Of a stretch of DNA of 49,406 nucleotides, positions 38,408 to 48,597 are shown one piece after another; positions within the stretch are counted from its first letter, which is position 1; every line of letters begins with the position of its first letter. Source of the stretch: Bacilli bacterium (lineage in GTDB: Bacteria > Bacillota_I > Bacilli_A > RFN20 > CAG-826); contig JAFSVB010000080.1 in assembly GCA_017450325.1 (NCBI GenBank), positions 1 through 49,406 on the forward strand. The letters are read 5' to 3'. The position numbers and the translations under genes were made by a program. The notes beneath the pieces are model-generated. The model was not told where the DNA came from, did no database searches, and saw nothing but the letters and a program-made list of their open reading frames with translations.

Positions 38408-39313
38408 TTATTTCCCATCAGCTTTGCGAAAGAAAGCATCGATAGCGTCATTCACGCGGATGGACTCTGGATGGCGGAACTCCGTGATGTTATGGACATG
38501 GTCGACAAGTTTGTCGTCGTCCTCGATGAACAAGAATGTGCAGGTTTTCTCGTTTCTCTTCGACTCGCTTGCAAGATCAAAGCTTTCTTGTTTGAGGAAG
38601 TCACGGACGCACGAGGAGACAAAGACGGGAATATCCAATTCCGCATAATGCGCTCGGACGTCCAGTAACTTCAAATAATCCTCGTCTTGATAACGGGGAC
38701 CGAACATCAGTCGTTTTGCCCCAGCCGTCATCGAGGAGCCACCAACGGCGCGTCTAAAATCGAAAACAGGGCAGCATACCGCGATGGCTTTGAAGGAAAT
38801 TCCATTTAAATAAAGGCCGTTTTGCGCGGATAAATCTTTATTTGCAGCGATTTCTGCAATAAATAACGCAAAGTGGCCTCCCGCGGAATCGCCGGTAATA
38901 AATGCATGCTCGAGATTTAGATTAAGCTCTTTTTCGTGGTCTTTAATGTACTGGATTTGGCGGACGAGCGTGCGCACTTGGCCAAGGCAGTCCCGTTTCC
39001 CGTCGTTCTTTTCATAGTCGAGCAAAACGACGTCATAGCCTTTCTCAAGAAGAACGCTGGCGAATCCAAAGTTGTTCTTACGGTCACCATAGATATAAGC
39101 GCCGCCATGAATGTCAAAGACCGTTTTGCCAAGGCGTTTATCTTTTGGGGCATAGAATACGTCAAAGCAATGATAGAAATTGCCCTCGCCGATGGCATCG
39201 ACGTCCAAAACATGTTCGTACTGATCGATCGAAGGCCAGCTGCGCATCCGCTTGCGGTCCATCTTGGCCACAAAGTAAAAAGCGATCTTTAGTGCTGTCT
39301 TTCCGATTTTCAT
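38408..39313 (-). CDS. Alpha/beta hydrolase (HSL-type esterase)
   Basis: HGGA oxyanion loop, GDSAGG nucleophile, late His. Confidence 0.9.
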   Translation of the reverse strand: MKIGKTALKIAFYFVAKMDRKRMRSWPSIDQYEHVLDVDAIGEGNFYHCFDVFYAPKDKRLGKTVFDIHGGAYIYGDRKNNFGFASVLLEKGYDVVLLDYEKNDGKRDCLGQVRTLVRQIQYIKDHEKELNLNLEHAFITGDSAGGHFALFIAEIAANKDLSAQNGLYLNGISFKAIAVCCPVFDFRRAVGGSSMTAGAKRLMFGPRYQDEDYLKLLDVRAHYAELDIPVFVSSCVRDFLKQESFDLASESKRNEKTCTFLFIEDDDKLVDHVHNITEFRHPESIRVNDAIDAFFRKADGK

Positions 39314-40086
39314 ACGTTTAGCCCAAAGTGGCGAAGGCCCTCAACGAGACCGTCTTCCGCAATCGGCGGGCATACGTAGTCCGCTGCCGCCTTAACTTCA
39401 TCGCGCCCATTGCCAACGCAGACCAACACCGCGCTTTCGCCCATGGAGATGTCCTGAAAATCATCGCCAAAGCCAAGGGCCTCTTCTCTTTGAAGTCCGA
39501 GTTCACGCATGATCGCGGCGATGCCATCCCCCTTCTTATGTTCTTCACCCGCGATATCGACGCCGCATGGATGGAAACGGTAATAAACGAGACTAGGCAA
39601 GGCCGCGTGGAACTGTTCGTCGTATTCCTCGGGGCAGAACAAAAGCGTTCCCGTGACTTTTTGCCCCGAATAAGGGTGAACGGGCGGAGTGATGTCGGTA
39701 TAGGTGCCGTGATAGTGATCGAGGAACGTATTGCCCGGGGCGATAAGAAAGCGGCTTCTCGCGGTCACGAGCTCCATCGTGAGACTATTTTTCTTTGCGA
39801 TATGAACAAGTGTGCGTATAGCCTTTTGGTCCATGGCCAGGAGACGAAGCGTGCGGTTTCCTAGCGTCGCATAGGCGCCCGCATTGGCGATGACGCCGTT
39901 CCAGCGTATCCCTAAGTCGAAGACGCCAAAATCCTTCATGCTCGCATATGGGCGTGCCGAGCAAAGGAAGACCTTAACTCCTTGCGACTGAATCTTTTTG
40001 ATCGCCTCGATGCCTGAGGGAATGTAGCGCCGCTGCTGCCAGTCATAGAGTGTGTTATCGACGTCAAAGAAAGCCGCCTTAATCAT
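39310..40086 (-). CDS. Cof-type HAD-IIB hydrolase
   Basis: FFDVDNTL, CSAR, KGDG, FGDDFQDISM; start MIKAAFFD. Confidence 0.9.
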   Translation of the reverse strand: MIKAAFFDVDNTLYDWQQRRYIPSGIEAIKKIQSQGVKVFLCSARPYASMKDFGVFDLGIRWNGVIANAGAYATLGNRTLRLLAMDQKAIRTLVHIAKKNSLTMELVTARSRFLIAPGNTFLDHYHGTYTDITPPVHPYSGQKVTGTLLFCPEEYDEQFHAALPSLVYYRFHPCGVDIAGEEHKKGDGIAAIMRELGLQREEALGFGDDFQDISMGESAVLVCVGNGRDEVKAAADYVCPPIAEDGLVEGLRHFGLNV

Positions 40087-41821
40087 GCTCGCCCCCTTCA
40101 AACTTCAGTAGTGCGTTCACTTCCCGCATCTTTGCCTTATCGACTTTGACGACCTTGCGGTCATAGGTGATGAGGCCATTCGTCTCTTCTTCGACGTCGC
40201 TTAGCTGCGTCAAAACAATCGCAGAAAGCCCTTCTTTTATTTTCGGCAAAATTTCCGTTTTGTAACATTTTATGAGGGCTTTGCAGAGTTTATCGGTAGA
40301 ACTGAAGTATTTATACACGGTTTTCTTTGTATGGTCGCAATGCCCTTCGACGATGCAGGAATACGCCCCGAATTCAGATAGGAGCATGATGCGCTTATGG
40401 TCGTTTTTCATCCGCACCTTGCGGAAATAGATGTGGCGGGAATAGAAGTCGCCGTTGCCTTGATCGAACCAGCCGGAGTTCGCGTCCAGAAGGCGCGTCG
40501 GGTCAAGCCGCTGCAATTCGCCTGCAAGACGCACGGAGTCAAACTGGCCCCAGCCCTCGTTGAAAAGCGTCCACGCGGCGATGGAGGGAACGTTGTATAG
40601 CCGGTCGACGACCAGAGGGAGTTCTTTCTCAAAGAAGTCGCGGCTTTCCTTGCTCGCCCTGCCAAACAGGGGGAAGCGAACCGTATCGTCAAAATGGAAC
40701 GTAAAGAATGGGGCAGCCCAAAGCAGAATCTTCTTAGGATGCCGCCCTCCGTTGATGAAGTCCTGCATGACGATAAGCCCGAGGCGATCGCAATGATAAT
40801 ACCAGCGCATGCACTCGATCTTGATGTGCTTGCGCGCCATGTTGAAGCCCATTTCCTTCAATAGCTTAACGTCTCCGCTTAACGCAGCATCGGACGCAGC
40901 CGTCAGGCCGCCATCGGAGAAATAGCCTTGGTCGAGGACGCCGCTAAGGAAATAAGGCTTATTGTTCAGTCCAAATACCTTGTGGCCTTCGTGCTCGACG
41001 ACCGAGAACTTGCGCATGGCAAAATAACTGCTGACTTCGTCCTCGTTGACGCGAACCTTTAAATCGTAAAGGTTGGGGTGCTCGGGCGACCATTCGCGGA
41101 AATGAGACGATAAATCGAGGACGAGCCTGCCATCCTTATCGAAGCTCCCCTCCGCTACTTTTTTACTGCCAAAGAAGACTTCGACGCATGAAGTTTCGCG
41201 TTTTCCCTCGAAGGTCAGGTCAATCTGCACCTTCTTCTCGTCGAAAAGAGGCGTGATGCGGAACGATTGGATGACTTGTTTCGGGACGGATTCTAGCCAA
41301 ACGGTCCCCCAAATGCCACTGGTAGCGGTGTACCAGATGCCTCCGGGTTTTGCCGATTGCTTGCCACGGGGATATACGACGGACATCGTATCGTCGCGCA
41401 CATCGACGAGGAGTTCGTTTTGGCCAGGCCTCAGTTCCATGCAATCGAAGGTAAAGGGCAAAAAGCCGCCTTCGTGATGGCCGATCTTCACGCCGTTAAG
41501 ATAGACGTCAGCAACTTGGTCGACGGCTTCGAAATGCAGAAGCACGCGGCCTTTGTTGAAATCCGCCGGCAATTCGAAGTAGCGGCGGTAATGCATGACT
41601 TGATTCGGCGAAACGTGCTTGTGCACGCCCGAAAGCTCCGTCTCCACGGCAAACGGGACGACAATGTCCTCCGGATAAACGGAGTGGTTCTGCGGGTCCT
41701 CGTCCAGTGCAAAGTCCCATACCCCATTCAAGCATAGATAAGACTCCCGCTGGAACTGCGGGGTTGGGTATTCGCTGCGGGGGCAAGAAACGTCCAGTTT
41801 TTTTCCTTCGCTCGTCAACAT
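40079..41821 (-). CDS. Glycoside hydrolase family 2
   Basis: LHFEAVD, SGIWGTVW, LDQGY, RKHIK, LFNEGWG (acid/base), SEFG (nucleophile); probable start MLTSEG at 41821. Confidence 0.9.
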   Translation of the reverse strand: MLTSEGKKLDVSCPRSEYPTPQFQRESYLCLNGVWDFALDEDPQNHSVYPEDIVVPFAVETELSGVHKHVSPNQVMHYRRYFELPADFNKGRVLLHFEAVDQVADVYLNGVKIGHHEGGFLPFTFDCMELRPGQNELLVDVRDDTMSVVYPRGKQSAKPGGIWYTATSGIWGTVWLESVPKQVIQSFRITPLFDEKKVQIDLTFEGKRETSCVEVFFGSKKVAEGSFDKDGRLVLDLSSHFREWSPEHPNLYDLKVRVNEDEVSSYFAMRKFSVVEHEGHKVFGLNNKPYFLSGVLDQGYFSDGGLTAASDAALSGDVKLLKEMGFNMARKHIKIECMRWYYHCDRLGLIVMQDFINGGRHPKKILLWAAPFFTFHFDDTVRFPLFGRASKESRDFFEKELPLVVDRLYNVPSIAAWTLFNEGWGQFDSVRLAGELQRLDPTRLLDANSGWFDQGNGDFYSRHIYFRKVRMKNDHKRIMLLSEFGAYSCIVEGHCDHTKKTVYKYFSSTDKLCKALIKCYKTEILPKIKEGLSAIVLTQLSDVEEETNGLITYDRKVVKVDKAKMREVNALLKFEGGEHD

Positions 41822-41920
41822 GTTCATATTGTACCAGCCAAAGCGAAAAATGAGGATTTTCTTGTAAGAAAATATGGTCACTGTCTAGGGAACAAACTAA
41901 GATAGACCCGAGGCAAGAAC

Positions 41921-42628
41921 ATGGCTTCCCTTATCACGGCAATCGGCATAACCAAGCGATATGGACGCGGAAGCGCCGCGGTCACCGCCCTCGATGACGT
42001 CTCTTTCTCCGTGGAAAAAGGGACGGTCACCATCATCCTCGGCCCCTCGGGCGCGGGAAAGACAACCTTGCTCAATATCCTCGGCGCCATGGACGTCGCG
42101 ACCTCCGGCATCCTTGCGGTCGACGGAGATAACGTTCTCGCCTATAGCGCGAAGCAGCGGTCCGCTTACCGGAGGAACAAGGTTTCCTTTGTGTTCCAAA
42201 CATATAACCTACTCGCAAACTTGTCCGCTCGCGAAAATGTCGTTTTGGCTACGGAAATGAGGCGAGGGGAATGCCGCGACATTGATAAAACCATCGAGGA
42301 CGTGGGTTTAAAACATCGTTTTTCCAACTATCCTTCCCAGCTATCAGGCGGCGAGCAGCAGCGCGTCTCCATCGCGCGGGCCTTGGCTAAGAACGCAGAC
42401 ATCCTCTTGTGTGATGAGCCTACCGGCGCCCTAGACAGCGAGACGGGCAAAATGGTACTCGCCTTGCTTTGTCGTGCCGCTAGAGACGAGGACAAGGCCG
42501 TCATCATCGTCACCCACAATTCCGCCCTTGAGCAAGTTGGCGACCACCTGATCAGGCTTAAAAACGGCAAGATCGTATCCGACCAGAAGGTCGATTGCCC
42601 GAAATCCATCGAGGAGATTGACTGGTGA
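41921..42628 (+). CDS. ABC transporter ATP-binding protein (LolD/MacB type)
   Basis: GPSGAGKT, LSGGEQQR, DEPTGALD, VTHN. Confidence 0.94.
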   Translation: MASLITAIGITKRYGRGSAAVTALDDVSFSVEKGTVTIILGPSGAGKTTLLNILGAMDVATSGILAVDGDNVLAYSAKQRSAYRRNKVSFVFQTYNLLANLSARENVVLATEMRRGECRDIDKTIEDVGLKHRFSNYPSQLSGGEQQRVSIARALAKNADILLCDEPTGALDSETGKMVLALLCRAARDEDKAVIIVTHNSALEQVGDHLIRLKNGKIVSDQKVDCPKSIEEIDW

Positions 42629-44463
42629 AGACATCGTTTGGCAAATCCATCGTCCGAACCTACCTCGTCAACAAGGGGCGCTTTTTGGCGAACTTCCTCA
42701 CGGTCTTGCTCTCGGTAGCCATCACCGCTGGATTAAGCGCCCTCCCAGAAGGGTTTTCCGCTTCGTTTTTAAAGAACTACGAAAACGCCATAACGCCAGA
42801 CATCATCCTGAAGTCCAAGATGAAGACCGGCTTTGGCAACGAAGATATCGAAATCATAAAAAGCCATGAAAAAATTGAGCTTTTGCAGGAATTTTTCGTT
42901 GTTGACGCAAAAGAAGAAGACGGAACCTATAATCGTTTCTACGTCTATGACTTCGCCAGCGCCTCCATCGCTAAGCCCGTCATCACCATAGGAGAGTATC
43001 CTGCCAACCGTGGCGAGGCCATCTTCTTAACCCCTAGCCGCAAGATGGCTAAGCACCAACTCGGGGAACAATTAACGTTCACCCACGGCAACCCGTTCCT
43101 CCCTTCTTCGTTAACGCTACTAGGAGAGGCCCAATCTCCGTTATACAACTCTCAATCGAGGGAGCGCGCCGAACTAGAGGACCAAGACAACGTTCAGTAT
43201 GTGGACTCCATTTTCTTCCTCGACCGCTCCACCATGCCTCGATTCTCCCAGTCCATGTTCACGGACATCTACGTCCGCCTGAATATCCCGCACGATTATT
43301 ACACCAAGGGTTATCAGCAACGCGTAAACGCCATCAAAGAGGAGCTTATCGCCACATTAGGGAGCTCCCGCGTCGCAGCATTGACGCTTGAGGAAAACAC
43401 CAGTTACGCCCTATTCAAGAACTATAACGATAAAATCACGCTCATTGGGTACATCTTCCCGTTCTTCTTCCTCGTCCTATGCGCACTGATCAACCACCTC
43501 GGCATAACGCGTCTTATCAAAGACGAACGCGCCGCGATTGCCGTATATGCCTCCTCGGGCGTGCCAAAGCATAAGGTCGTCTTCAAATACAGCTTTTTCA
43601 TTACCCTCGCGGTGCTTGCGGGTGGGATTATCGGCTATCTTTTAGGGGCTCCATTGTTACCGTTCGCGGTCTACCCTGCTTATACGTCCGTTTTCCGAAT
43701 GAACGGCTGTCCCGTCACGTTTGCCGCCCCGATCGGCTTGGTAACCATCTTCGTTTTAACGGCGATCGCCCTTGGGCTAGCCGTCTTCTCGTCCTTATCC
43801 TATTTAAAAGAGGAGCCGAGCGATCTGCTCCATGACAAGGCGCCCGTCGTTGGCAAAAGAATATGGATGGAGCGCATTCCTTTCTTGTGGAGACCGATTC
43901 CGTTCTCCTTCAAATCCACGTTCCGAAACATCTTCCGCCAGAAGAAGAACTTCGTCCTTACGACATTCGCCGTCATCGGCTCAACGCTCATCTTACTCGC
44001 GGGCTTCGCCCTCTTAAACGTCTCCAACGCGCTTACCGACCACGAGCTCTATGCCGATGTCGCTTCCTCCATGGGCCTCATATCGACGGTCTTGGTGCTT
44101 TTCGCCCTAGGGATGGCTTTCCCCACGATTTATTCCCTCGCCAGCATGAACATTGCGGACCGCAAGAGGGAGCTAGCGACTTTGAAGGTGCTTGGATATA
44201 CGGATTGGCAATGCATGGGATATACCTTCCGCGAAATCATCGTCATCACGATCTTTGCCACCCTCATCGGCGTCCCCATTTCCGCATTCATTGTCGACTT
44301 CGTCTTGCGCTACCTTGAGTTTGGTTCATTGCAGGACGTGCAATGGTGGTCCTACGTCGTTACGGCAGCCTTAGAAATCGGCCTTTCCGTCGGCATTAAC
44401 TTCCTTCTCTACCCGCGTATCATTGCGATCGACATCAACGATTCGCTTAAATCCATCGAATAA
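42625..44463 (+). CDS. FtsX/MacB-like ABC permease
   Basis: Two FtsX-like TM blocks, RKRELATLKVLGY; GTGA overlap with the ATPase gene. Confidence 0.88.
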   Translation: MKTSFGKSIVRTYLVNKGRFLANFLTVLLSVAITAGLSALPEGFSASFLKNYENAITPDIILKSKMKTGFGNEDIEIIKSHEKIELLQEFFVVDAKEEDGTYNRFYVYDFASASIAKPVITIGEYPANRGEAIFLTPSRKMAKHQLGEQLTFTHGNPFLPSSLTLLGEAQSPLYNSQSRERAELEDQDNVQYVDSIFFLDRSTMPRFSQSMFTDIYVRLNIPHDYYTKGYQQRVNAIKEELIATLGSSRVAALTLEENTSYALFKNYNDKITLIGYIFPFFFLVLCALINHLGITRLIKDERAAIAVYASSGVPKHKVVFKYSFFITLAVLAGGIIGYLLGAPLLPFAVYPAYTSVFRMNGCPVTFAAPIGLVTIFVLTAIALGLAVFSSLSYLKEEPSDLLHDKAPVVGKRIWMERIPFLWRPIPFSFKSTFRNIFRQKKNFVLTTFAVIGSTLILLAGFALLNVSNALTDHELYADVASSMGLISTVLVLFALGMAFPTIYSLASMNIADRKRELATLKVLGYTDWQCMGYTFREIIVITIFATLIGVPISAFIVDFVLRYLEFGSLQDVQWWSYVVTAALEIGLSVGINFLLYPRIIAIDINDSLKSIE

Positions 44464-44472
44464 GGAGTCCCT

Positions 44473-45660
44473 ATGGAAATCAAAGACATTCAAAAAGAGG
44501 TCGCCCGTCTTGGCGGCGACGCATGGATCATCGTCGACTATGAGAACAAGAACCCCGCTTTGGTGAAGATGCTCGGGGAGCGCATGCTCACGCGCAAGAT
44601 CTTCCTCGTCCTCCCATCAGAAGGGAAGCCCTATCTCATCACCCACAGCATCGACACGGTCTACCTAAGCGACCCTTCCGTTATCGAGCGCTTTGACCTT
44701 CGCGTTTATAAGACCTGGGAAGAAATGCTCGCGCTTGAGCGAGAGAGCTTTTCCTCTTACAAAAAAGTCTTCATGGACGTGTCCGAAAACGGTCTTTTGC
44801 CCCGCGTTAGCCTCGCGGATTATGGTTCTGTTTCGTTTATTGAATCTCTTGGCATCGAAATTCTTTCCAGCGCGGACTTGCTCCAATTCCAAACGGCAGT
44901 CATGAACGAAAAATCCCTGCAATCTCAAATAAAAGCCTGCAAAACCGCCCTAAAAATCAAAGATGAGGCCTTTAAGGAGATCGCTCGGCGCATCCGCGAA
45001 TCCGGCGTAACATCGGAACTAGAAATCCAGCAATTCATCGCCAGGCGCTTTGATGAAGAGGGAATGGTTTATGACGAGGCGCCCCTTGTGGCGATTGGCA
45101 AGAACGCGTCAAACCCGCACTACACCCCAACGGAAGAGTCTTACTCCCCGATTAAGGAAGGCGACTTGGTTTTGATTGATATGTGGGCCAAATACAAGGA
45201 GCCCGGATCCGTCTACGCAGACATCACTTGGATGGGCTACGTCGGCACCAAAGTCCCCGAAGAATACCAAAAGCGCTTCGCCATCATTCGTAACGCCCGC
45301 GACGCAGCCATCGAACTCCTTAAGCGCGAGCTCCCTCTACGTAACGTGCATGCCTACGAAGCGGATGATGCCGCGCGAAAAGTCATCGAAGAGGCGGGCT
45401 TTGGGGAATGGTTCCTCCACCGTTTGGGGCATAGCATCTATGATGACGATTCTCCGCATGGCCCTGGCGCGAACCTCGATAACTACGAATCACACGATAC
45501 CCGCTTGCTCTTAGACGGGACGTCCTTTTCGGACGAACCTGGCATTTATACACCAGAATATGGCATGCGCACCGAAACAGACCTCCATATCCAAGGCAAG
45601 GAGTTGCTTGTCGTCGGCGGATTGCAAACGGAAGTTTTGCCTATCCTCGCGCTCTATTAG
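44473..45660 (+). CDS. Xaa-Pro peptidase, M24 family
   Basis: NPHY, LIDMW, YADIT, HRLGH, EPGIY, RTE. Confidence 0.9.
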   Translation: MEIKDIQKEVARLGGDAWIIVDYENKNPALVKMLGERMLTRKIFLVLPSEGKPYLITHSIDTVYLSDPSVIERFDLRVYKTWEEMLALERESFSSYKKVFMDVSENGLLPRVSLADYGSVSFIESLGIEILSSADLLQFQTAVMNEKSLQSQIKACKTALKIKDEAFKEIARRIRESGVTSELEIQQFIARRFDEEGMVYDEAPLVAIGKNASNPHYTPTEESYSPIKEGDLVLIDMWAKYKEPGSVYADITWMGYVGTKVPEEYQKRFAIIRNARDAAIELLKRELPLRNVHAYEADDAARKVIEEAGFGEWFLHRLGHSIYDDDSPHGPGANLDNYESHDTRLLLDGTSFSDEPGIYTPEYGMRTETDLHIQGKELLVVGGLQTEVLPILALY

Positions 45661-45920
45661 TCCATCAAGCGCAGCAATAACGCCTGTATTTCCGCGATTT
45701 TCTCGTTGGCATCAGCCTCGGTTTTCGCGTTCTTCACGCAATGCTCAAGGTGCGCAGATAAAACGATCGCGTTGATGCGTTTTAGGAGGGCCGTCGTCGC
45801 AAGGAGCTGGTTGGAGACATCGATGCAATAGGCGTCTTCCTCCACCATCTTGAGCAAGCCATCGATTTGTCCGCGCGCGATCTTCAGTTGGCGGGATACT
45901 TTATCGTGATCGGCTTTCAT
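45657..45920 (-). CDS. csoR: Copper-sensing repressor CsoR family
   Basis: ARGQIDG, YCIDV, HLEHCV. Confidence 0.9.
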   Translation of the reverse strand: MKADHDKVSRQLKIARGQIDGLLKMVEEDAYCIDVSNQLLATTALLKRINAIVLSAHLEHCVKNAKTEADANEKIAEIQALLLRLMD

Positions 45921-46138
45921 TAAGCGACCTCGATTAGCTTATAGCCGGCATCCGCGATGGCCTTTTCGTAGGCTTCGCGGGCGATTAAGTCGTCGACTTT
46001 CACGGTCGCCGTCTTCTTAGCAAGGTCGACCTTGGCGCTTTTCACGCCCGGCAATTTGCTAAGGGCCTCCTCAACATGGGCGGCGCAATGCGCACACATC
46101 ATGCCTTCGACCGTTAGGGTTTGTTTCTTTCCGAACAT
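45920..46138 (-). CDS. copZ: Copper chaperone (HMA domain)
   Basis: GMMCAHC. Confidence 0.9.
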   Translation of the reverse strand: MFGKKQTLTVEGMMCAHCAAHVEEALSKLPGVKSAKVDLAKKTATVKVDDLIAREAYEKAIADAGYKLIEVA

Positions 46139-46140
46139 AG

Positions 46141-48471
46141 TTATTCTCCTTCTTCTGTCCTTATTTTTAATAAACGGAGGCGGAGGGCGTTGAGCACGAC
46201 CGTCACCGAAGAAAACGACATGGCGAGCGACCCGATCATCGGCGTCAAGACAAGGTGGGCTTGCGAGCCCGTAAACCAGTTGGGGGCGACCGAGACGCCA
46301 TAGAACGCGCCGGCGGCAAGCGGAATCAGCAGAATATTATAGAAGAACGCCCACGCGAGGTTCTGCCGTACGTTGTCGACGACTTTAGTGCTGAGCTCGA
46401 ATGCCCCAACGGTATCCAAAGGGTTGCTGCGCGCCAAGATGATATCGCTCGAGTCCAAAGCGATTTCCGTGCCTGCCCCGATCGCAATGCCGACATCCGC
46501 GCGTGAGAGGGCTGGGGCATCGTTGATGCCATCGCCTACGAAGGCAACTTTGTGCCCTTGCTTTTGATAACGCTCCACCACCGCGTCTTTTTCGTTGGGC
46601 AAGACCTCTGCCACGACGTCATCGATGCCGAGCTCTTTGGCAATCGCACGGGCGGTTCTTTGGTTATCGCCGGTTAAAATTGCGACTTTTTTACCGCGCT
46701 TTTGCAGCATTTTTACAGTTTTTGCAGCGGTTTTTTTGATTTCGTCGCCGATTGCAAAGACGCCGACGAGCTTCTTGTCTTTGGCCACGAATAAGACCGT
46801 ATTCCCGTTTTCGCTGAGGCGGAGGAAATCCTCTTCAGCGGCAGCGATGTCGATGTGGAAGTCATTCATGAGGGCGTTGTTGCCGATGATGAGGTTCGCA
46901 TTGAATACGCCCTTGCCCGGAACATTTTGAAAGCCCTCGGCGCGCTCGCTCGTAATCCCTTTGCCCGATGCGAAGCGGACGACCGCCTTCGAAAGCGGGT
47001 GTTCTGAACAAGCCTCAAGCGCAGCGCATTCCTTAAGAAGCGCATCTTCATCGCCGACATAGGCCTTCCATTCCTTGACCGTCATCTCGCCTTTGGTGAG
47101 CGTGCCCGTCTTATCAAAGAGGACAACATCGACCTCGCGGCAGCGCTCAAACGCCTCCGCCGACTTAATGAGGATACCGTTTTCCGCGCCTTTGCCCGTC
47201 CCGACCATAATGGCCACAGGCGTGGCAAGCCCTAAGGCGCAGGGGCAGGAAATCACCATCACAGAGACGGCGAGTTGCAGGCTTAGACTAACGTCTGGAC
47301 GCGATGTCCCAGCAACCCCAACACCCGAGAGAATCATCCAGATAACGAAGGTTAAGAGGCTAATGCCGAGGACGACAGGCACGAATATCGAGGAGATTTT
47401 ATCCGCTAAGCGCGCGATAGGAGCCTTGGATTCGCTCGCTTCCTGAACGAGCTCCACGATTTTGGAGATGGTCGTGTCTTTGCCTACGCTTTCGACTACA
47501 AAAACAAACGATCCTTCTTTGTTGATCGTGCCCGCGATGACTTTGTCTCCTTCTTTTTTATATACAGGCAAGGACTCGCCGGAAATCGCCGATTGATCGA
47601 TGTTGCCATATCCGGAGATGACCGTGCCATCGACGGGAACGGACATGCCCGGCTTTACGAGGACTTTTTCTCCCTCTTGCACCTCCTCTGTCGGCACTTC
47701 AACTTCTGTTTCGTCACGAAGAACGATGGTCGTGTCTGGGGTAAGCGCCATCAAGGAGGCGATGGAAGCGGTCGTTTTGTTCGTGGCCTTGGCCTCAAAA
47801 TACTTACCCATGGAAATAAAGACGGGAATCATGGCGGCAGATTCGAAATAGATGTTCATCGAATGCATCATCACCGCTTCTTTATCGTTAGAAGCGAAAG
47901 CCAGGATGAGACGAATAAAGACGTAAATGCCATAAACAATCGAAATAGAGGAGCCTAAAGCGACAAGCGTATCCATGTTCGGATGGCCCTTTAAAAGAGA
48001 ACGGAAGCCCGAGGAATAGTGATGGAAATTGAGGACGACAATCGGAACGAGGAAAAGAATCTGCGCCGTTACGTTTAAAAGAGATATCAGCATCATGTAT
48101 TCGCTGTTGTCGATCGCATCCATGATCGGCGGGATCATCGGGCCCATGGAAAAGACCATCAAGCCGAGCAATAAACCTAGGGAAATGAGGAGCTTGTTCC
48201 TTGTTTTCTTAAGGGCCTCTTGCCGTCTTTGCTGAATCTTCCGGATGGACTCGTTCACGTAAACGGAGCAACCATAGCCCGCGCTGGAAACGGCGTGGAT
48301 AATCTCCTCGTCGCCCGTTTTTTCGTCATCGAATTCGACGACCATGTTCTTCCCAAGCAAAGATACGTTCACTTCTTCAACGCCGTCGATGTTCTTGACC
48401 GCGCGTTGGACGTTGGCTTGGCATGCGGCGCACATCATGCCGCTCACTTCGTATTTCTTTTTCATCTGCAT
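46141..48471 (-). CDS. copA: Cu(I)-exporting P1B-type ATPase
   Basis: N-terminal GMMCAAC, CPC, DKTGT, SEHP, GDGINDAP, YN, MSFSS; start may be 48471 or 48465. Confidence 0.95.
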   Translation of the reverse strand: MQMKKKYEVSGMMCAACQANVQRAVKNIDGVEEVNVSLLGKNMVVEFDDEKTGDEEIIHAVSSAGYGCSVYVNESIRKIQQRRQEALKKTRNKLLISLGLLLGLMVFSMGPMIPPIMDAIDNSEYMMLISLLNVTAQILFLVPIVVLNFHHYSSGFRSLLKGHPNMDTLVALGSSISIVYGIYVFIRLILAFASNDKEAVMMHSMNIYFESAAMIPVFISMGKYFEAKATNKTTASIASLMALTPDTTIVLRDETEVEVPTEEVQEGEKVLVKPGMSVPVDGTVISGYGNIDQSAISGESLPVYKKEGDKVIAGTINKEGSFVFVVESVGKDTTISKIVELVQEASESKAPIARLADKISSIFVPVVLGISLLTFVIWMILSGVGVAGTSRPDVSLSLQLAVSVMVISCPCALGLATPVAIMVGTGKGAENGILIKSAEAFERCREVDVVLFDKTGTLTKGEMTVKEWKAYVGDEDALLKECAALEACSEHPLSKAVVRFASGKGITSERAEGFQNVPGKGVFNANLIIGNNALMNDFHIDIAAAEEDFLRLSENGNTVLFVAKDKKLVGVFAIGDEIKKTAAKTVKMLQKRGKKVAILTGDNQRTARAIAKELGIDDVVAEVLPNEKDAVVERYQKQGHKVAFVGDGINDAPALSRADVGIAIGAGTEIALDSSDIILARSNPLDTVGAFELSTKVVDNVRQNLAWAFFYNILLIPLAAGAFYGVSVAPNWFTGSQAHLVLTPMIGSLAMSFSSVTVVLNALRLRLLKIRTEEGE

Positions 48472-48486
48472 ACCCCCGGGGGGTAT
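48470..48486. promoter_or_regulatory. CsoR operator
   Basis: Palindrome ATACCCCC-G-GGGGGTAT of the ATACCC...GGGTAT CsoR type, at the copA start. Confidence 0.85.
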
Positions 48487-48537
48487 CTATATCTTAACGG
48501 TTGCGCGCTTCAGTTCAAACATTTTGCTCCCAAGAGG

Positions 48538-48579
48538 AAAAGGGCCACGACGGCCTTTGAGGCTGCCATGACCCTTTTC
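48538..48579 (-). terminator. Terminator-like hairpin after hsp20
   Basis: AAAAGGG...GGCC-TTTGA-GGCT...CCCTTTT imperfect inverted repeat. Confidence 0.5.
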
Positions 48580-48597
48580 GGGGAGGAAAGAAACTGC

